Source: Meiothermus sp.
Lineage (GTDB): Bacteria; Deinococcota; Deinococci; Deinococcales; Thermaceae
Assembly: GCA_033762915.1 (NCBI GenBank)
Contig: JANRLD010000098.1
Span: 12,095 to 76,094, forward strand
DNA length: 64,000 bases
Direction: 5' to 3'
The notes beneath the pieces were generated by a model. The model was not told the origin of the DNA, did not search any database, and saw only the letters and a program-made list of their open reading frames with translations. Shown piece after piece: positions 9,654 through 23,022 of the stretch (its first letter is position 1; every line of letters starts with the position of its first letter). The position numbers and the translations under genes were made by a program.

Positions 9654-10358
9654 TTAGCCCAGTTGGGGCAGGTCGGATATTCGCCACAGCCCCAGGGACT
9701 TGTCGGCGTAGGCTCCGTCCTCCTCGATGCAGTTCTCGTTGATTAGAGCTACCGGTTCGGACAGGTTGAACGGGGCCTTCTGTAGGTTCACGGGCCGCCA
9801 GTCTGCGTCCATGCAGTCTATGTTGTAGCTGAGGCCGGGGAAGGTGGTGGTGAGGAGGTAGGTGGAGCCGCTGCGCCTGAGGTTGGCAAAGGCAGCAAAG
9901 ACGGTTGCGTAAGAGAAATGCACCAGGCAGTCGCGGCATAACACCACGTCAGCCCTGGGCAGGTCGGAGGCGGTCAGATCGAGCAGGGCGAACTCACGCC
10001 CGGGGCCCCCAAAACTGGCCTGATTTCGTGCCACCAGCGCCTCGACGATATCGCCGCCGATATACCTAATCCCGCCCAGGTCGACATGCCGCATCCAGCC
10101 GAAGTCGCCGCAGGGCAGGTCGAGCAGGGTTCTGGCCTCGAGTCGCTCCAGCAGGCGGGGAATCTCTGTACGAAGGGTGCGGGTGGCCGAGAGTTCGGAG
10201 CCCACCCCCGAATCGGATTGTTCGCTGCCCCAGAGATTGACCCGGTGGATGTAGCCGAAGCGCTCGGCCAGGGAAAGCGGCTCGAGGGCATCGGTGTGCT
10301 CGCCGAAACGGCGGTTGGCCAGGGCCGGGGGGCGTTCGGGGTGACCGTTGGTGGACAT
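9654..10358 (-). CDS. Class I SAM-dependent methyltransferase
   Basis: LLDLPCGDFGW motif I, YIGGDIV, DVVLCRDCLVH. Confidence 0.8.
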   Translation of the reverse strand: MSTNGHPERPPALANRRFGEHTDALEPLSLAERFGYIHRVNLWGSEQSDSGVGSELSATRTLRTEIPRLLERLEARTLLDLPCGDFGWMRHVDLGGIRYIGGDIVEALVARNQASFGGPGREFALLDLTASDLPRADVVLCRDCLVHFSYATVFAAFANLRRSGSTYLLTTTFPGLSYNIDCMDADWRPVNLQKAPFNLSEPVALINENCIEEDGAYADKSLGLWRISDLPQLG

Positions 10359-10588
10359 CAGACCAGGGTACAAGATGTTGGGTTTTTCGGTCTTAACTTG
10401 CTGAGGTCCTCGAGACCGGGGACTGGCGCTGCCAGGTGGGGGCAGGTAGGTCTGACTGCACTGGGGAGAATACACGTGGGTTGAGGAAGAAGCAGTTGCG
10501 TCAGTGCGGCAACTCACGGACACTTGGGGGCGACATCCCTACATCAACTGTCGCGTCACTTGGTTTACCACAGCCGCAGTGTGGATTC

Positions 10589-10682
10589 ACAGCGGTTCCC
10601 ACCATTACGCCTCACGCGGTTAAGCGTAATGTACCCCGTACATCCGAGTCTCTGCGTGCGTGGTATTTCTGGGAACCGCTGT
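10589..10682. repeat. Structured intergenic element, copy A (perfect 13-bp terminal inverted repeat)
   Basis: ACAGCGGTTCCCA (10589-10601) / TGGGAACCGCTGT (10670-10682) enclosing CATTACGC/GCGTAATG and a second imperfect stem. Confidence 0.7.
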
Positions 10683-10849
10683 CACTACCCCGCAACCTCC
10701 GGGGAGCGGGGACAGTGCTTCCCCGGTGGGTTTGGACAACGCTTTCATCTGCCCTTCGCGGGTTAGGGGTGGACACCACCTCCCTGCAAGGCCACCCCTG
10801 CGCAAGCCCGGAATGGGACGCACTCGGGCGGCAGGGCAAGACCTATGCG

Positions 10850-12216
10850 CTATGCGGGAGGCACTGCGCCGTCAGCACCCAGTCTGGACTGCATCATGCG
10901 GAGGAAAACCTGGGTTACATGGGGGTCGAACTGCGAGCCCGAGTGTCGCTCGAGGTAGGTCAGCGCTTGATCGGGCGTCCAGGCCTTGCGGTAGGGCCGG
11001 TCGGAGGTCAGGGCATCGTAGACGTCCACCACCGCAAACAGACGGGCCGACAGGGGGATCTCCTCGCCGCGCAGCCCGCGGGGGTAGCCCGCACCGTCCC
11101 AGCGCTCGTGGTGGGCGTAGGGAATCTCGAGCGCGGACGCCAAAAAGGGGACGCTTGAGAGCCACTGGTAGGCATAGATCGGGTGCAACCGCATGACCTG
11201 CCACTCGTCCTCGGTGAGTGCGCCGGGTTTGAGCAAGATCGCATCGGGCACCCCGATTTTGCCTACGTCGTGGAGCAGGGCTCCGCGCCGCAGGTGTTGC
11301 TCCGAGTCCTCAAGGCCCAGAGTTTCGGCCAGCTCGAGGGTCAGCCCGGTAACCCGTTCGGTGTGGCCCTGGGTCTCCTGGTCGCGCAAGTCGAGCGCCC
11401 GCACCCACCCCTCGAGGGTCTTCTCGTAGGCCTCGTTCAGCTCGCCGTAGGCCGAGCGCAGCCGGGACTCGGCCTCGAATCGCTCGCGCATGTCGCGGGC
11501 GATGACCAGAGCTGCGGTCCCCCCCGCGAAGGGCACGGCCCCCACTGTCACCTCGGCCGGGATTTCATGGCCGTCCGAGCTCAAAAACGCTGTCTCAACG
11601 CGCTGGCGGGCCAGGTCCCCGCCCAGAACGGCCATCAGGCACCCTAGGCATTCCGCCTGATGTGCCGGGGCTACCCTGGCCAGCATCGGGTGGGCTTGGA
11701 GTTGGTCGAGGTTGCCCACCCCCAGCAAGGCCATAAACGTGGGGTTGGCCAGCACGATGCGTCCATCTTTTCCCACCAGCGCAACGCCGACGGGCGACAG
11801 CTCGAAGAGCTGCTGGTAGCGCGCCCGCTCCTCGTGCAGCAGGCGGAAACGATTAAGCCGCACGGTGGTGCGCAGCCGGGCGCGCAGCTCGAGGCTGTCC
11901 ACCGGCTTGCTCAGGAAGTCGTCGGCCCCGGCCTCGAGGCCGCGAAGGCGCGACTCCCGGTCGTCGAGGGCGGTAACCATCAGGATCGGCACCTCGCTCA
12001 ATCGGGGGTCAAGGCGCAGCTTTCGGCAGACCTCGAAGCCGTCCAGACCGGGCATCATCACGTCCAGCAGGATGGCGTCGGGCAGCAGGCGCTGGGCCTT
12101 TTCGATGGCCTGCGGACCGTCGGAGGCGAACTCCAGACGGTACGGCTCGCGCGCCAGCAGGGCGGCCAGGGCTTTTGCATTGTAGGGGTCGTCCTCGGCG
12201 ATCAGCACACAAGCGC

Positions 12217-12220
<4 letters not shown>
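10850..12220 (-). CDS. REC-PAS-HD-GYP response regulator (c-di-GMP phosphodiesterase)
   Basis: LLDVMMP receiver, PAS, LHDVGKIG and HHERWDGAGYPRGL. Confidence 0.92.
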
Positions 12221-15231
<3,011 letters not shown>

Positions 15232-15290
15232 CGATTCATAATAAGCCAACCCACAGTTTCGCAACCACACCTTTGACGGTCGCTTCGGCG

Positions 15291-16637
15291 TTACAGCTTG
15301 CGCAAGTCGGCCACGCGCTTGAGCTTGCCCCCCTCGCTGCGGGGTGCGCTGCCGGGGTTGATCAGCGAGACCCGCACCGACACCCCCACGTTGTCCTTGA
15401 TCTTCTTGCCGACCTTCTCGCGCACCTGGCTCAGCCGGTGGTCGGCCTCGATCACCTCGTCGGAGAGCATCTTCTGCCCGACTTCGCGAAAGAAAGGCTC
15501 GGAGACCTCGAGTTTGAGCTCCACTTCGTCCATGGTTCCCTCGCGGGTCAGGACGATCTGGTAATGCGGCTCCACCTCGGCGATCTCGCTGAGGACGGCC
15601 TCGAGTTGGGTCGGGTAGAGATTAACCCCCCGCACGATCAGCATGTCGTCGCTGCGCCCCCGGATCTGGGCCATGCGGGCGTGGGTGCGGCCTGAGGCCC
15701 CTGGCTCACGGGTGATGTAGGTGAGGTCGCCGGTCCAGTAGCGCAGAATGGGCATGGCCTTCTTGGTCAGGGTGGTGAACACCAGCACCCCCGTCTCGCC
15801 CTCGGGCAGCGGGTCGCCGGTCTCGGGGTCTACGATCTCGGGATAGAAGTGATCCTCCCAGATGTAAGAGAGGCCTCCCCGCTCGTCTACGTCCTCGTTT
15901 GAGACCCCCGGCCCCATGATCTCGGAGAGGCCGTAGATGTTGGTGGCCCGCACCCCCAGCCCCTCGTCCACGCTGCGGCGGATGGCCTCTGTCCACGGCT
16001 CCGCGCCCAGGATGGCGTACTTCAGGCTGAGTTCTTCGGGCATTACCCCGCGCCGCTTGAACTCCTCCGCTAGGGTCTGGGCGTAGCTGGGCGTGGCCGA
16101 GATCATCTCGGGCTTGAAGTCCTGGATCAGCATGATCTGCCGGTCGGTCATGCCGCCGGAGATCGGCACCACGTTCATGCCCAGCCTCTCAGCCCCGCCG
16201 TGCAGCCCCAGCCCCCCGGTGAACAGCCCGTAGCCGTAGGCGTTGTGCAGCATCATTCCCGGCTTGCCGCCCGCCGCCGCCAGCGACCGCGCCACCACCT
16301 CGGCGAAGATGTCCAGGTCGCCCCGGGTGTAGCCCACTACAGTCGGCTTGCCGGTGGTGCCCGACGAGGCGTGTATCCGGGCCAGTTCTTCGCGACCTAC
16401 CGCGAACATCCCGAAAGGATAGGTGTCGCGCAGGTCTTTCTTGCGGGTGAACGGCAGCTTGTGCAGGTCTTCGATGCTCTGGATGTCAGAGGGCCTGAGG
16501 CCCTTCTGGTCCAGACTCTGCCGGTAAAAGGGCACCCGCTCGTAGACGTAGGCGACCTGCTCGCGCAGCCGCTCGGATTGGAGGGCGGTGAGCCTTGGGC
16601 GGGGGAGGGTCTCGAGTTCGGGCTGGAAAATGGGCAT
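15291..16637 (-). CDS. paaK: Phenylacetate-CoA ligase
   Basis: IHASSGTTGKPTVVGYT, YGYGLFTGGLG, YGLSEIMGPGV, RGRSDDMLIVRGVN. Confidence 0.93.
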   Translation of the reverse strand: MPIFQPELETLPRPRLTALQSERLREQVAYVYERVPFYRQSLDQKGLRPSDIQSIEDLHKLPFTRKKDLRDTYPFGMFAVGREELARIHASSGTTGKPTVVGYTRGDLDIFAEVVARSLAAAGGKPGMMLHNAYGYGLFTGGLGLHGGAERLGMNVVPISGGMTDRQIMLIQDFKPEMISATPSYAQTLAEEFKRRGVMPEELSLKYAILGAEPWTEAIRRSVDEGLGVRATNIYGLSEIMGPGVSNEDVDERGGLSYIWEDHFYPEIVDPETGDPLPEGETGVLVFTTLTKKAMPILRYWTGDLTYITREPGASGRTHARMAQIRGRSDDMLIVRGVNLYPTQLEAVLSEIAEVEPHYQIVLTREGTMDEVELKLEVSEPFFREVGQKMLSDEVIEADHRLSQVREKVGKKIKDNVGVSVRVSLINPGSAPRSEGGKLKRVADLRKL

Positions 16638-16702
16638 GACTTACCTCGCAGGGTGGGGTGGTCTGGTCGCGGATGCACGTCGTGAAGGGCTGTAGGGCGG
16701 GT

Positions 16703-17260
16703 TCATGGGTCCCTTCCACGGTCCTCGCCGCCCAGCGGCAGAATCAGGTGGGTGTGAATAGAGCGGTCGACCTTTAGGTACAAGCAGAGGTGGTCAATGC
16801 TCACCTGCCGGTCGAATGCTCGCCCTAGGTACTGGGATTGAACAGCCTCGAGCTGCTCCGCCGTCAGCGGCTCCCACATCACAGTGGCGTGGAAGTGAAA
16901 CCGGTTGCCGTCGTAGTCGTTAAGCGGGAGGTTGAGGTCTCTAGTTACCCGGTGATGAAGGGGCATCAGCATCTCCTGCTCGGCCACGTCGAGATACAGC
17001 ACACACGCTTCGCCCGGATTGGCCCAGAGCTTGAGGTCGGTCAGGGTGACGCGGAGGGGGTCGAGCGAGGCCGCGAGTTGGGCGGCGTAGCGCTCGAGGT
17101 GCCCCAAGTCTATGGTCTCGAAGCCGCTTCGCAGCGACAGGTGCGGGGCATTGTGGGCAGAGTTCATCTCAATCCCGCACTGCTGGTACAGCTCGAGCGA
17201 GACCCGCCGCATCCAGTTGTGGACGGGCCAGTCCAGCAGGAGGGTCAGAACAGCATTCAT
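16703..17260 (-). CDS. 2H phosphoesterase / 2'-5' RNA ligase family protein
   Basis: Two HxS/T motifs (PHLSL, FHATV); ATGA overlap with upstream GNAT stop. Confidence 0.7.
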   Translation of the reverse strand: MNAVLTLLLDWPVHNWMRRVSLELYQQCGIEMNSAHNAPHLSLRSGFETIDLGHLERYAAQLAASLDPLRVTLTDLKLWANPGEACVLYLDVAEQEMLMPLHHRVTRDLNLPLNDYDGNRFHFHATVMWEPLTAEQLEAVQSQYLGRAFDRQVSIDHLCLYLKVDRSIHTHLILPLGGEDRGRDP

Positions 17261-17739
17261 AGCTCGAGCTTGAACCCCTCGTGGCTGCGTTTGAAGCCCA
17301 GACGCTCGTAGAAGCGGTGGGCATCTAGGCGGGACTTGCTGGAGGTGAGTTGGGCCATGCGTGCACCCTTGCTGCGGGCATAGTCCACCGCCCACCTCAC
17401 CAGCGCCTCGCCCAGCCGCTGCCCGCGCAGCCGCTCGGCAATCTGCACAGCCTCGATCTGCGCCCGCACGGCGCCCTTGTAGGTGAGCCCCTGGATGAAG
17501 GTCAGCTGTAAGGCCCCGATCACCAGACCGTTTTGCTCGAGCACCGCGTAAAACTGGTTGGGGTCGGCGTTGATGCTCTCGAAAGCCCCATAGTACAACT
17601 CCGGAAGTGGGTCGGTATAGGCCTCCCTGGTTCGCCCCAGCACGTCCTCAGAGTGCAGCTTTACGATGGCAGGCACGTCGGCTCGAGTCGCCCTTCGGAT
17701 TATGCCCCGGTTGTCTGGGAGAGGAAACACCTCACTCAT
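17257..17739 (-). CDS. GNAT N-acetyltransferase
   Basis: IRRATRADVPAI, RGQRLGEAL motif A, AHRFYERLGF. Confidence 0.88.
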   Translation of the reverse strand: MSEVFPLPDNRGIIRRATRADVPAIVKLHSEDVLGRTREAYTDPLPELYYGAFESINADPNQFYAVLEQNGLVIGALQLTFIQGLTYKGAVRAQIEAVQIAERLRGQRLGEALVRWAVDYARSKGARMAQLTSSKSRLDAHRFYERLGFKRSHEGFKLEL

Positions 17740-17777
17740 GCGCGCCACCTTCGTCCTTTGCCTTCAACCCCCCTACC

Positions 17778-18527
17778 TCACAGCGCCGTCATCCCCCCGT
17801 CCACTGCCAGCACCTGCCCGGTGACGTAGTCCGAGGCCGGGCTGCACAGGTAAAGCGCCGCCGCCGCCAATTCGCCGGTTCTCCCGATGCGCCCCAGCGG
17901 GGTGCGCTCGACCACCATCTGCTCCATTCGCGGCAGCAGCTTCTCGGTCATGCGGGTGGGGAAGAATCCGGGGGCCAGGGCGTTGACCCGAATGCCGTGG
18001 CGGCCCCACTTAACCGCAAGGTCTCGGGTCAGCGCGATCATCCCGCCCTTGGAGGCCGAGTAGGCCGCCGCGTCCAGCACTTCCGGCGGGCTGCCCCCCA
18101 GGCCGGCCACCGAGGCGATGTTGAGGATCTTCCCGTAGCCCCGCTCCTTCATGCCCCGAGCCGCAAGCCTCGAGGCCAGGAACGCCCCGGTGATGTTGAT
18201 GTCCAACACCTCGCGGACTTTTTCCACCGGCACCTCGAGGGCGTCCTGCCCCCAGGTCACCCCCGCCGCGTTGACCAGAATCGAAACCTCGCCCAGTTGG
18301 GCAAAAGCGGCCTCGAGGGTCTTCTCGTCCTGCACGTTGCCGACAATTGGGGTGGCGTCGGGGATCCATTTCAGGGCTTCCTCAAAAAAGCCTTCTCGCC
18401 GCGCCATCAGCGCCACTTTCGCTCCTGCCTCGCGCAGCCCGAAGGCGATCTCGAGACCCAGCCCGCGAGACCCGCCCGTAATCAACGCGGTCGCACCCTC
18501 GAGATTGAACTGATCCATTATTTTCAT
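17778..18527 (-). CDS. SDR-family oxidoreductase
   Basis: TGGSRGLG, NAAG, YSASK catalytic motif, RVNALAPG. Confidence 0.9.
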   Translation of the reverse strand: MKIMDQFNLEGATALITGGSRGLGLEIAFGLREAGAKVALMARREGFFEEALKWIPDATPIVGNVQDEKTLEAAFAQLGEVSILVNAAGVTWGQDALEVPVEKVREVLDINITGAFLASRLAARGMKERGYGKILNIASVAGLGGSPPEVLDAAAYSASKGGMIALTRDLAVKWGRHGIRVNALAPGFFPTRMTEKLLPRMEQMVVERTPLGRIGRTGELAAAALYLCSPASDYVTGQVLAVDGGMTAL

Positions 18528-18545
18528 GGGTAGATGATACCTTGC

Positions 18546-18923
18546 TCAGCCGTCCGCGCCGACCCGGAAGACCGTGCCCCCGAACAGCGCAACCAGGTGC
18601 TCGCCCCGCCGGATCTCGATGCGGTAGGTTGCGGCCCTGCGGCCCAGGTTTTCCTCGCTGGCAACGGCCTCGAGGTGGTCCCCCTGGCGAACGGCCTTGA
18701 AGTACTGCATGTTGGTGCTTAGCGCCACCGCCGCCACCCCATGGGAGTTGGAGGCCAGCGCAAAAGCTGCGTCGGCCAGACTGTACAGGAAGCCGCCGTG
18801 ACAGGTTCCGTGGAGGTTGAGGTGCTCGGCCCTCACCTCGGCCGACAGGACAGCGCGGCCCGGCTCGAGCGCAACGACCTCGAGGCCCAGCAGCCGCATG
18901 TAGTTGTCCTGAACGGCGTCCAT
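18546..18923 (-). CDS. paaI: Phenylacetyl-CoA thioesterase PaaI (hotdog fold)
   Basis: HLNLHGTCHGGFLYSLADAAFALASN. Confidence 0.9.
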   Translation of the reverse strand: MDAVQDNYMRLLGLEVVALEPGRAVLSAEVRAEHLNLHGTCHGGFLYSLADAAFALASNSHGVAAVALSTNMQYFKAVRQGDHLEAVASEENLGRRAATYRIEIRRGEHLVALFGGTVFRVGADG

Positions 18924-18943
18924 GAACCCGAACAGAATACTAT

Positions 18944-18957
18944 CGAACGTTCGTTAG
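18944..18957. promoter_or_regulatory. PaaR-type operator upstream of paaI
   Basis: CGAACGTTCGTTAG matches the Thermus PaaR consensus CNAACGNNCGTTNG. Confidence 0.75.
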
Positions 18958-19192
18958 GTACAGTGCCCTCGAGGTCGGGACCCACAGGATGTTTATCCGC
19001 CGTCCGGGTAGACGGCCGGGCTAACCTGCCATGGATGGACCGGTTGTGCCTCTGGCATCCGCCCAGGCACGTATTTGTCGCTTCCGCCGATTCTGCACTT
19101 CTACCCTGGCGCAAGAAATGCCGCCACCGAAGGCCAGGGCCAGGAGTTTGATTGCTGGTCGACAGTAGCTAAGGCTCACTCGAGAAGGGTGC

Positions 19193-19924
19193 TCAAACCC
19201 CTTCTTTTTGCCGAATGCCCAGATAGGAGTCGATCACCCGCTGGTCCACCAGCAGGTCAGAGCCCTTGCCCTGCATCACCAACTCGCCCGCCTCGAGCAC
19301 GTATCCCTGGTCGGCCAGTTTTAGCGCCACGCGGGCGTTCTGCTCTACCACCAGAATCGGCACGCCTTCTTTCTTTAGCTCGCCCAGAATCCTGAATATT
19401 TCTTGCACGATAAGCGGAGCCAGACCAAGGCTGGGCTCGTCGAGCAAGAGCAGTTTGGGCTTGGCCATCAGCGCCCGACCGACCGCAAGCATTTGCTGCT
19501 CGCCCCCGGACATGGTTCCGGCCAGCTGCCTGCGCCGCTCCAAAAGTCTGGGGAAAATGCCATAAACGCGATCGAGGTCTTCCCTGATCCCCTTCTCGCG
19601 CCGCTGGAAGCGGGTGAAAGCCCCCAGCAGAAGGTTGTCCTCAACCTCCATCGAGGCGAACAGCTCGCGCTTTTCCGGCACCATGATGATTCCACGGGCG
19701 GCCAGCGCCTCGGGGCTGCGGTTACGCAGTTCTTCACCCTGATACTTAACCGATCCCGCGCCGTTGACCAGCCCGATGATCCCCCTGAGCGTACTGCTCT
19801 TGCCGGCTCCGTTCGGCCCGATCAAGGTAATGGCCTCACCCGGTCCCACGGTCAACGAGAGTCCGCGTACGGCCTCAACAGCGCCATAGCGTACGGTCAG
19901 GTTGGTGACCTCCAGGACGCTCAT
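19193..19924 (-). CDS. livF: Branched-chain amino acid-type ABC transporter ATPase LivF
   Basis: GPNGAGKS, MSGGEQQM, LLLDEPSLGLAP. Confidence 0.9.
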   Translation of the reverse strand: MSVLEVTNLTVRYGAVEAVRGLSLTVGPGEAITLIGPNGAGKSSTLRGIIGLVNGAGSVKYQGEELRNRSPEALAARGIIMVPEKRELFASMEVEDNLLLGAFTRFQRREKGIREDLDRVYGIFPRLLERRRQLAGTMSGGEQQMLAVGRALMAKPKLLLLDEPSLGLAPLIVQEIFRILGELKKEGVPILVVEQNARVALKLADQGYVLEAGELVMQGKGSDLLVDQRVIDSYLGIRQKEGV

Positions 19925-20042
19925 ACGTGCCCCCATAATCCCTCGAGAGACATGGGCCTGGGGCCGAGCACCCAGAGGCGAGATATGGCGGCCAGCACTG
20001 GGCCCCGGGAAATCGAAGTTTGTCCTGCTCCCCTCGCCTTAC

Positions 20043-21866
20043 TCACGCCGCCACCCCCAGGTACGCCTCGATCACCTTGGGGTTGCGTTGTACTTCGGCG
20101 GGCGTGCCCTCGGCCAGCTTTTCGCCGTAGTGCATCACCACCAGATGATCTACCAGACCCATCACCAGGTCCATGTCATGGTCTACCAACAGCACCGTCA
20201 CGCCCTCGTTGACGAGCTTGCGGATCAGGGCGGCGAACTGGCGTTTCTCGCCCGCGCGCAGCCCGGCGGCGGGCTCGTCGAGCAGCAGAACTTCGGGATC
20301 TGAGGCCAGGGCTCGAGCAATCTCCAGAAGCCGCAATTGCCCTATCGCCAGGCCGTCGGCCTTCTGGTGTGCGATGTGATCAAGCCCAACCCGCTTTAGT
20401 GCCTGGAACGCCTCCACCATGGCGGCGTTCTCTTCGGCGCGGTCCAGGGCCAGGAGCGACTGGGTGATGCCGGCCCGGGTCCGTGCGTAGGTTCCTAGGG
20501 CGGCGTTCTCGAGGACGGTCATCTCGGGAAACAGATGGGGGTGCTGGAAGGTGCGCGAGAGGCCCAGCTTATGCACTTCGTGAGGTGCCTTTCCGGTGAT
20601 ATCGCGGCCCTTGAAGAAGACCTTGCCCTCGGTGGGCTGGTAGACCGAGGTGATCATGTTGAAGCAGGTGGATTTGCCCGCCCCGTTCGGCCCTATCAGG
20701 CCCATGATTTCACCGCGCCGGAGCTGGAAACTCACCTTGTTGTTGGCCACCAACCCGCCGAAGCGCTTGGTGAGGTCGCGCACCTCGAGCACCACCTCGC
20801 CCGGCGGCTTGCCCCCAGCCCCACTCGGGTTTCCGGCCTCGCCCGCGGGTGCGGGGCTCGGAGAGTTTGTGCCGGCTGCCCGGGCCAGCCCAACGCCCTC
20901 TGGACTCTTCCGATTCGGCTGGGGCAAGTAGCGCTCCACGAACGGCCACAAACCCTTTGGGGCGAACATCAGGATCAGCACCAGGATTAGGCCGTAGAAG
21001 ATGATCTCATAATTTCCGGTCTGACCGAAGATACGCGGCAGCACCACCTTGAGCATCTCCTCGAGTCCCGTGACCAGACCCGAACCCAGGATCACACCGG
21101 GGATACTGCCCACACCGCCCGCCACGGCGGCGATGAGGTACTTAATCGAGCTGTCAAGGCTGAAGGGCGTCGGGCTGATGAACTTCTGGTAGTGGACGTA
21201 CAGCCAGCCCGCCAGCCCAGCGAACAGCGCCGAGAGCATGAAGACCTGCACTTTGAGGGTCGCGGGGTTGACCCCGAAGCTGGCCGCAGCGATGGCGTCC
21301 CCCTTGGAGGCCCGCATGGCCCGACCGGTGCGGCTGTTGGTCAGGTTCCAGGCCATCCAGGCCCCCACCAACACGAAAAACCAGGCCAGGTAGAAGAAGC
21401 TCCTCGAGTCGTTGAGCTGCCAGCCGAAAACGGAGATGGGCGGAATCCCCCGCAAGCCAGTGTGCCCACCGGTCAGCCCGATCCAACTGCCCATCAGGAT
21501 GAACAGCGCGAAGCACCAGGCGATTGTGGAGAGCGGCAAGTAGTGGCCCTTGAGTCGGGCGGTGATCCCGCCCAGCAAGAAGGCCCCGCCCACCGAGATC
21601 AGGAGTCCCAGCGGCAGCGTCAGCCAGGGGTTCCAACCCTGATTAACCGTCAGCAGCGCCGAGGTGTAGGCCGACAAGCCCATAAACGCCGCCTGGCCGA
21701 AGCTGGTCATCCCCGAGAGCCCGGTCAGCAGATACAGCCCCAGCGCCACCAGCGCCCCGAACGCTATGTAGTTGCCCAGCGTGAGGTAGAAGCTCGAGGC
21801 CGGCAGCAAGAGTGGCAGCACCAGCAAGACCGCGACGGCCCCGAGCGTAAGGGGAGAAAGTCTCAT
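20043..21866 (-). CDS. Fused LivM permease-LivG ATPase
   Basis: N-terminal multi-TM (SFGQAAFMG) fused via a Pro/Gly linker to GPNGAGKST...LLLDEPAAG ATPase. Confidence 0.88.
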   Translation of the reverse strand: MRLSPLTLGAVAVLLVLPLLLPASSFYLTLGNYIAFGALVALGLYLLTGLSGMTSFGQAAFMGLSAYTSALLTVNQGWNPWLTLPLGLLISVGGAFLLGGITARLKGHYLPLSTIAWCFALFILMGSWIGLTGGHTGLRGIPPISVFGWQLNDSRSFFYLAWFFVLVGAWMAWNLTNSRTGRAMRASKGDAIAAASFGVNPATLKVQVFMLSALFAGLAGWLYVHYQKFISPTPFSLDSSIKYLIAAVAGGVGSIPGVILGSGLVTGLEEMLKVVLPRIFGQTGNYEIIFYGLILVLILMFAPKGLWPFVERYLPQPNRKSPEGVGLARAAGTNSPSPAPAGEAGNPSGAGGKPPGEVVLEVRDLTKRFGGLVANNKVSFQLRRGEIMGLIGPNGAGKSTCFNMITSVYQPTEGKVFFKGRDITGKAPHEVHKLGLSRTFQHPHLFPEMTVLENAALGTYARTRAGITQSLLALDRAEENAAMVEAFQALKRVGLDHIAHQKADGLAIGQLRLLEIARALASDPEVLLLDEPAAGLRAGEKRQFAALIRKLVNEGVTVLLVDHDMDLVMGLVDHLVVMHYGEKLAEGTPAEVQRNPKVIEAYLGVAA

Positions 21867-21990
21867 CGGCCGCTCCATTGGGGTGCGAAGGCTGACGCTT
21901 TGGGGGTCGAGTGGCTGACCACGGACGGCCGAAGGCTGAGGGCCAACAGCCCGACCCGCTGGTTCAACCGATGTTCTCCAACCTCCGGCA

Positions 21991-23022
21991 TCACTCCTCC
22001 TCCGCAATCTCGTGGCTTTGCAGGCTACGCCACAGCAAAATCGGCAGCAGCAGGGCGAACACGATGGCATCCTTGAAGGCGCTGGCGGTGAAGGAGGCGT
22101 AGGACTCGAGGCCCCCCACCGCGATGGCCCCCACCACCGCCAGCGGGTAGCTGATCAGTCCGCCCAGTGTCCCGGCGATGAAGCCCTTCAGGCCTAGCAA
22201 AAAGCCCTGAAAGTAGGCGGGGCTAATCTCGGGCGCCAAGAGCATCCCCGCAACACAGGTGATCAGCGTGGCGATCCCGAACGAAACGTACCCGGCCTGG
22301 CTGGGTGAGATTCCCAGCAGCCTTGCACCGTAGCGGTTGACGGCGGCGGCACGCAGCGCTTTGCCATAGATGCTTTTGGTGAAGAACAGGAAAAGCCCAA
22401 TCATCGTAAAAAGCGCGAAGCCATACACCAGGAAGAGCTGGTTGTTAACCGGGATGGGTCCGATGTTGGTCTGGCCCGAAAAAATGGGCGGTAGGCGGTA
22501 CTGCTCGGGGCCGAAGATGACCAGCCCCAGGCCCAGATAGGCAAAGTGCAGACCCACCGCGATGATCAGATAGGTCAGTACGCTGGCGTTCTTGGCTGGC
22601 TCGAAAAACAGCCGGTAGCTGGCCGTCCCAATCGGCAGCACGATCAGAACCGCGAAGAGCCAGCCCAGCCACATCGGCACGCCCTGTGCCCCCCACCATC
22701 CGACCCCAACTACCGCCAACGCCGCGGCCCCTAGAAGCAAAGAAAACCCTGGTCTTTTGCGTTCTAGTACCGCCCACCACAGCAGCATCCCCGCCGCCAG
22801 CCAGACCGTGCCGGGGATCTGACCTTTGAGATTTAAGCCACTGACTTCGGGCGGCAAAAACCACACATAGGTGAGCGGGGCAAAGACCAAGAACTCTCCC
22901 AGCGGCACGTAAATCACCCGTGTAACCGTGAACACCAGCACCAGCGTCAGCGCCAGCAGCGCGTAGATGGTGCCGTTCTTGAGGGCGTCGGCGGCCAGAA
23001 AGGAGAAGATGGTGAAATCCAT
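21991..23022 (-). CDS. livH: LivH-type ABC permease
   Basis: GTIYALLAL, YGKALRAAAVN..GARLLGI, multiple TM segments. Confidence 0.85.
   Translation of the reverse strand: MDFTIFSFLAADALKNGTIYALLALTLVLVFTVTRVIYVPLGEFLVFAPLTYVWFLPPEVSGLNLKGQIPGTVWLAAGMLLWWAVLERKRPGFSLLLGAAALAVVGVGWWGAQGVPMWLGWLFAVLIVLPIGTASYRLFFEPAKNASVLTYLIIAVGLHFAYLGLGLVIFGPEQYRLPPIFSGQTNIGPIPVNNQLFLVYGFALFTMIGLFLFFTKSIYGKALRAAAVNRYGARLLGISPSQAGYVSFGIATLITCVAGMLLAPEISPAYFQGFLLGLKGFIAGTLGGLISYPLAVVGAIAVGGLESYASFTASAFKDAIVFALLLPILLWRSLQSHEIAEEE

Noticed and set aside
10795..10835. GCAAGCCC..GGGACGCA resembling a c-di-GMP riboswitch next to the HD-GYP gene
   Set aside because: Only a fragment of the consensus, and antisense to the flanking genes
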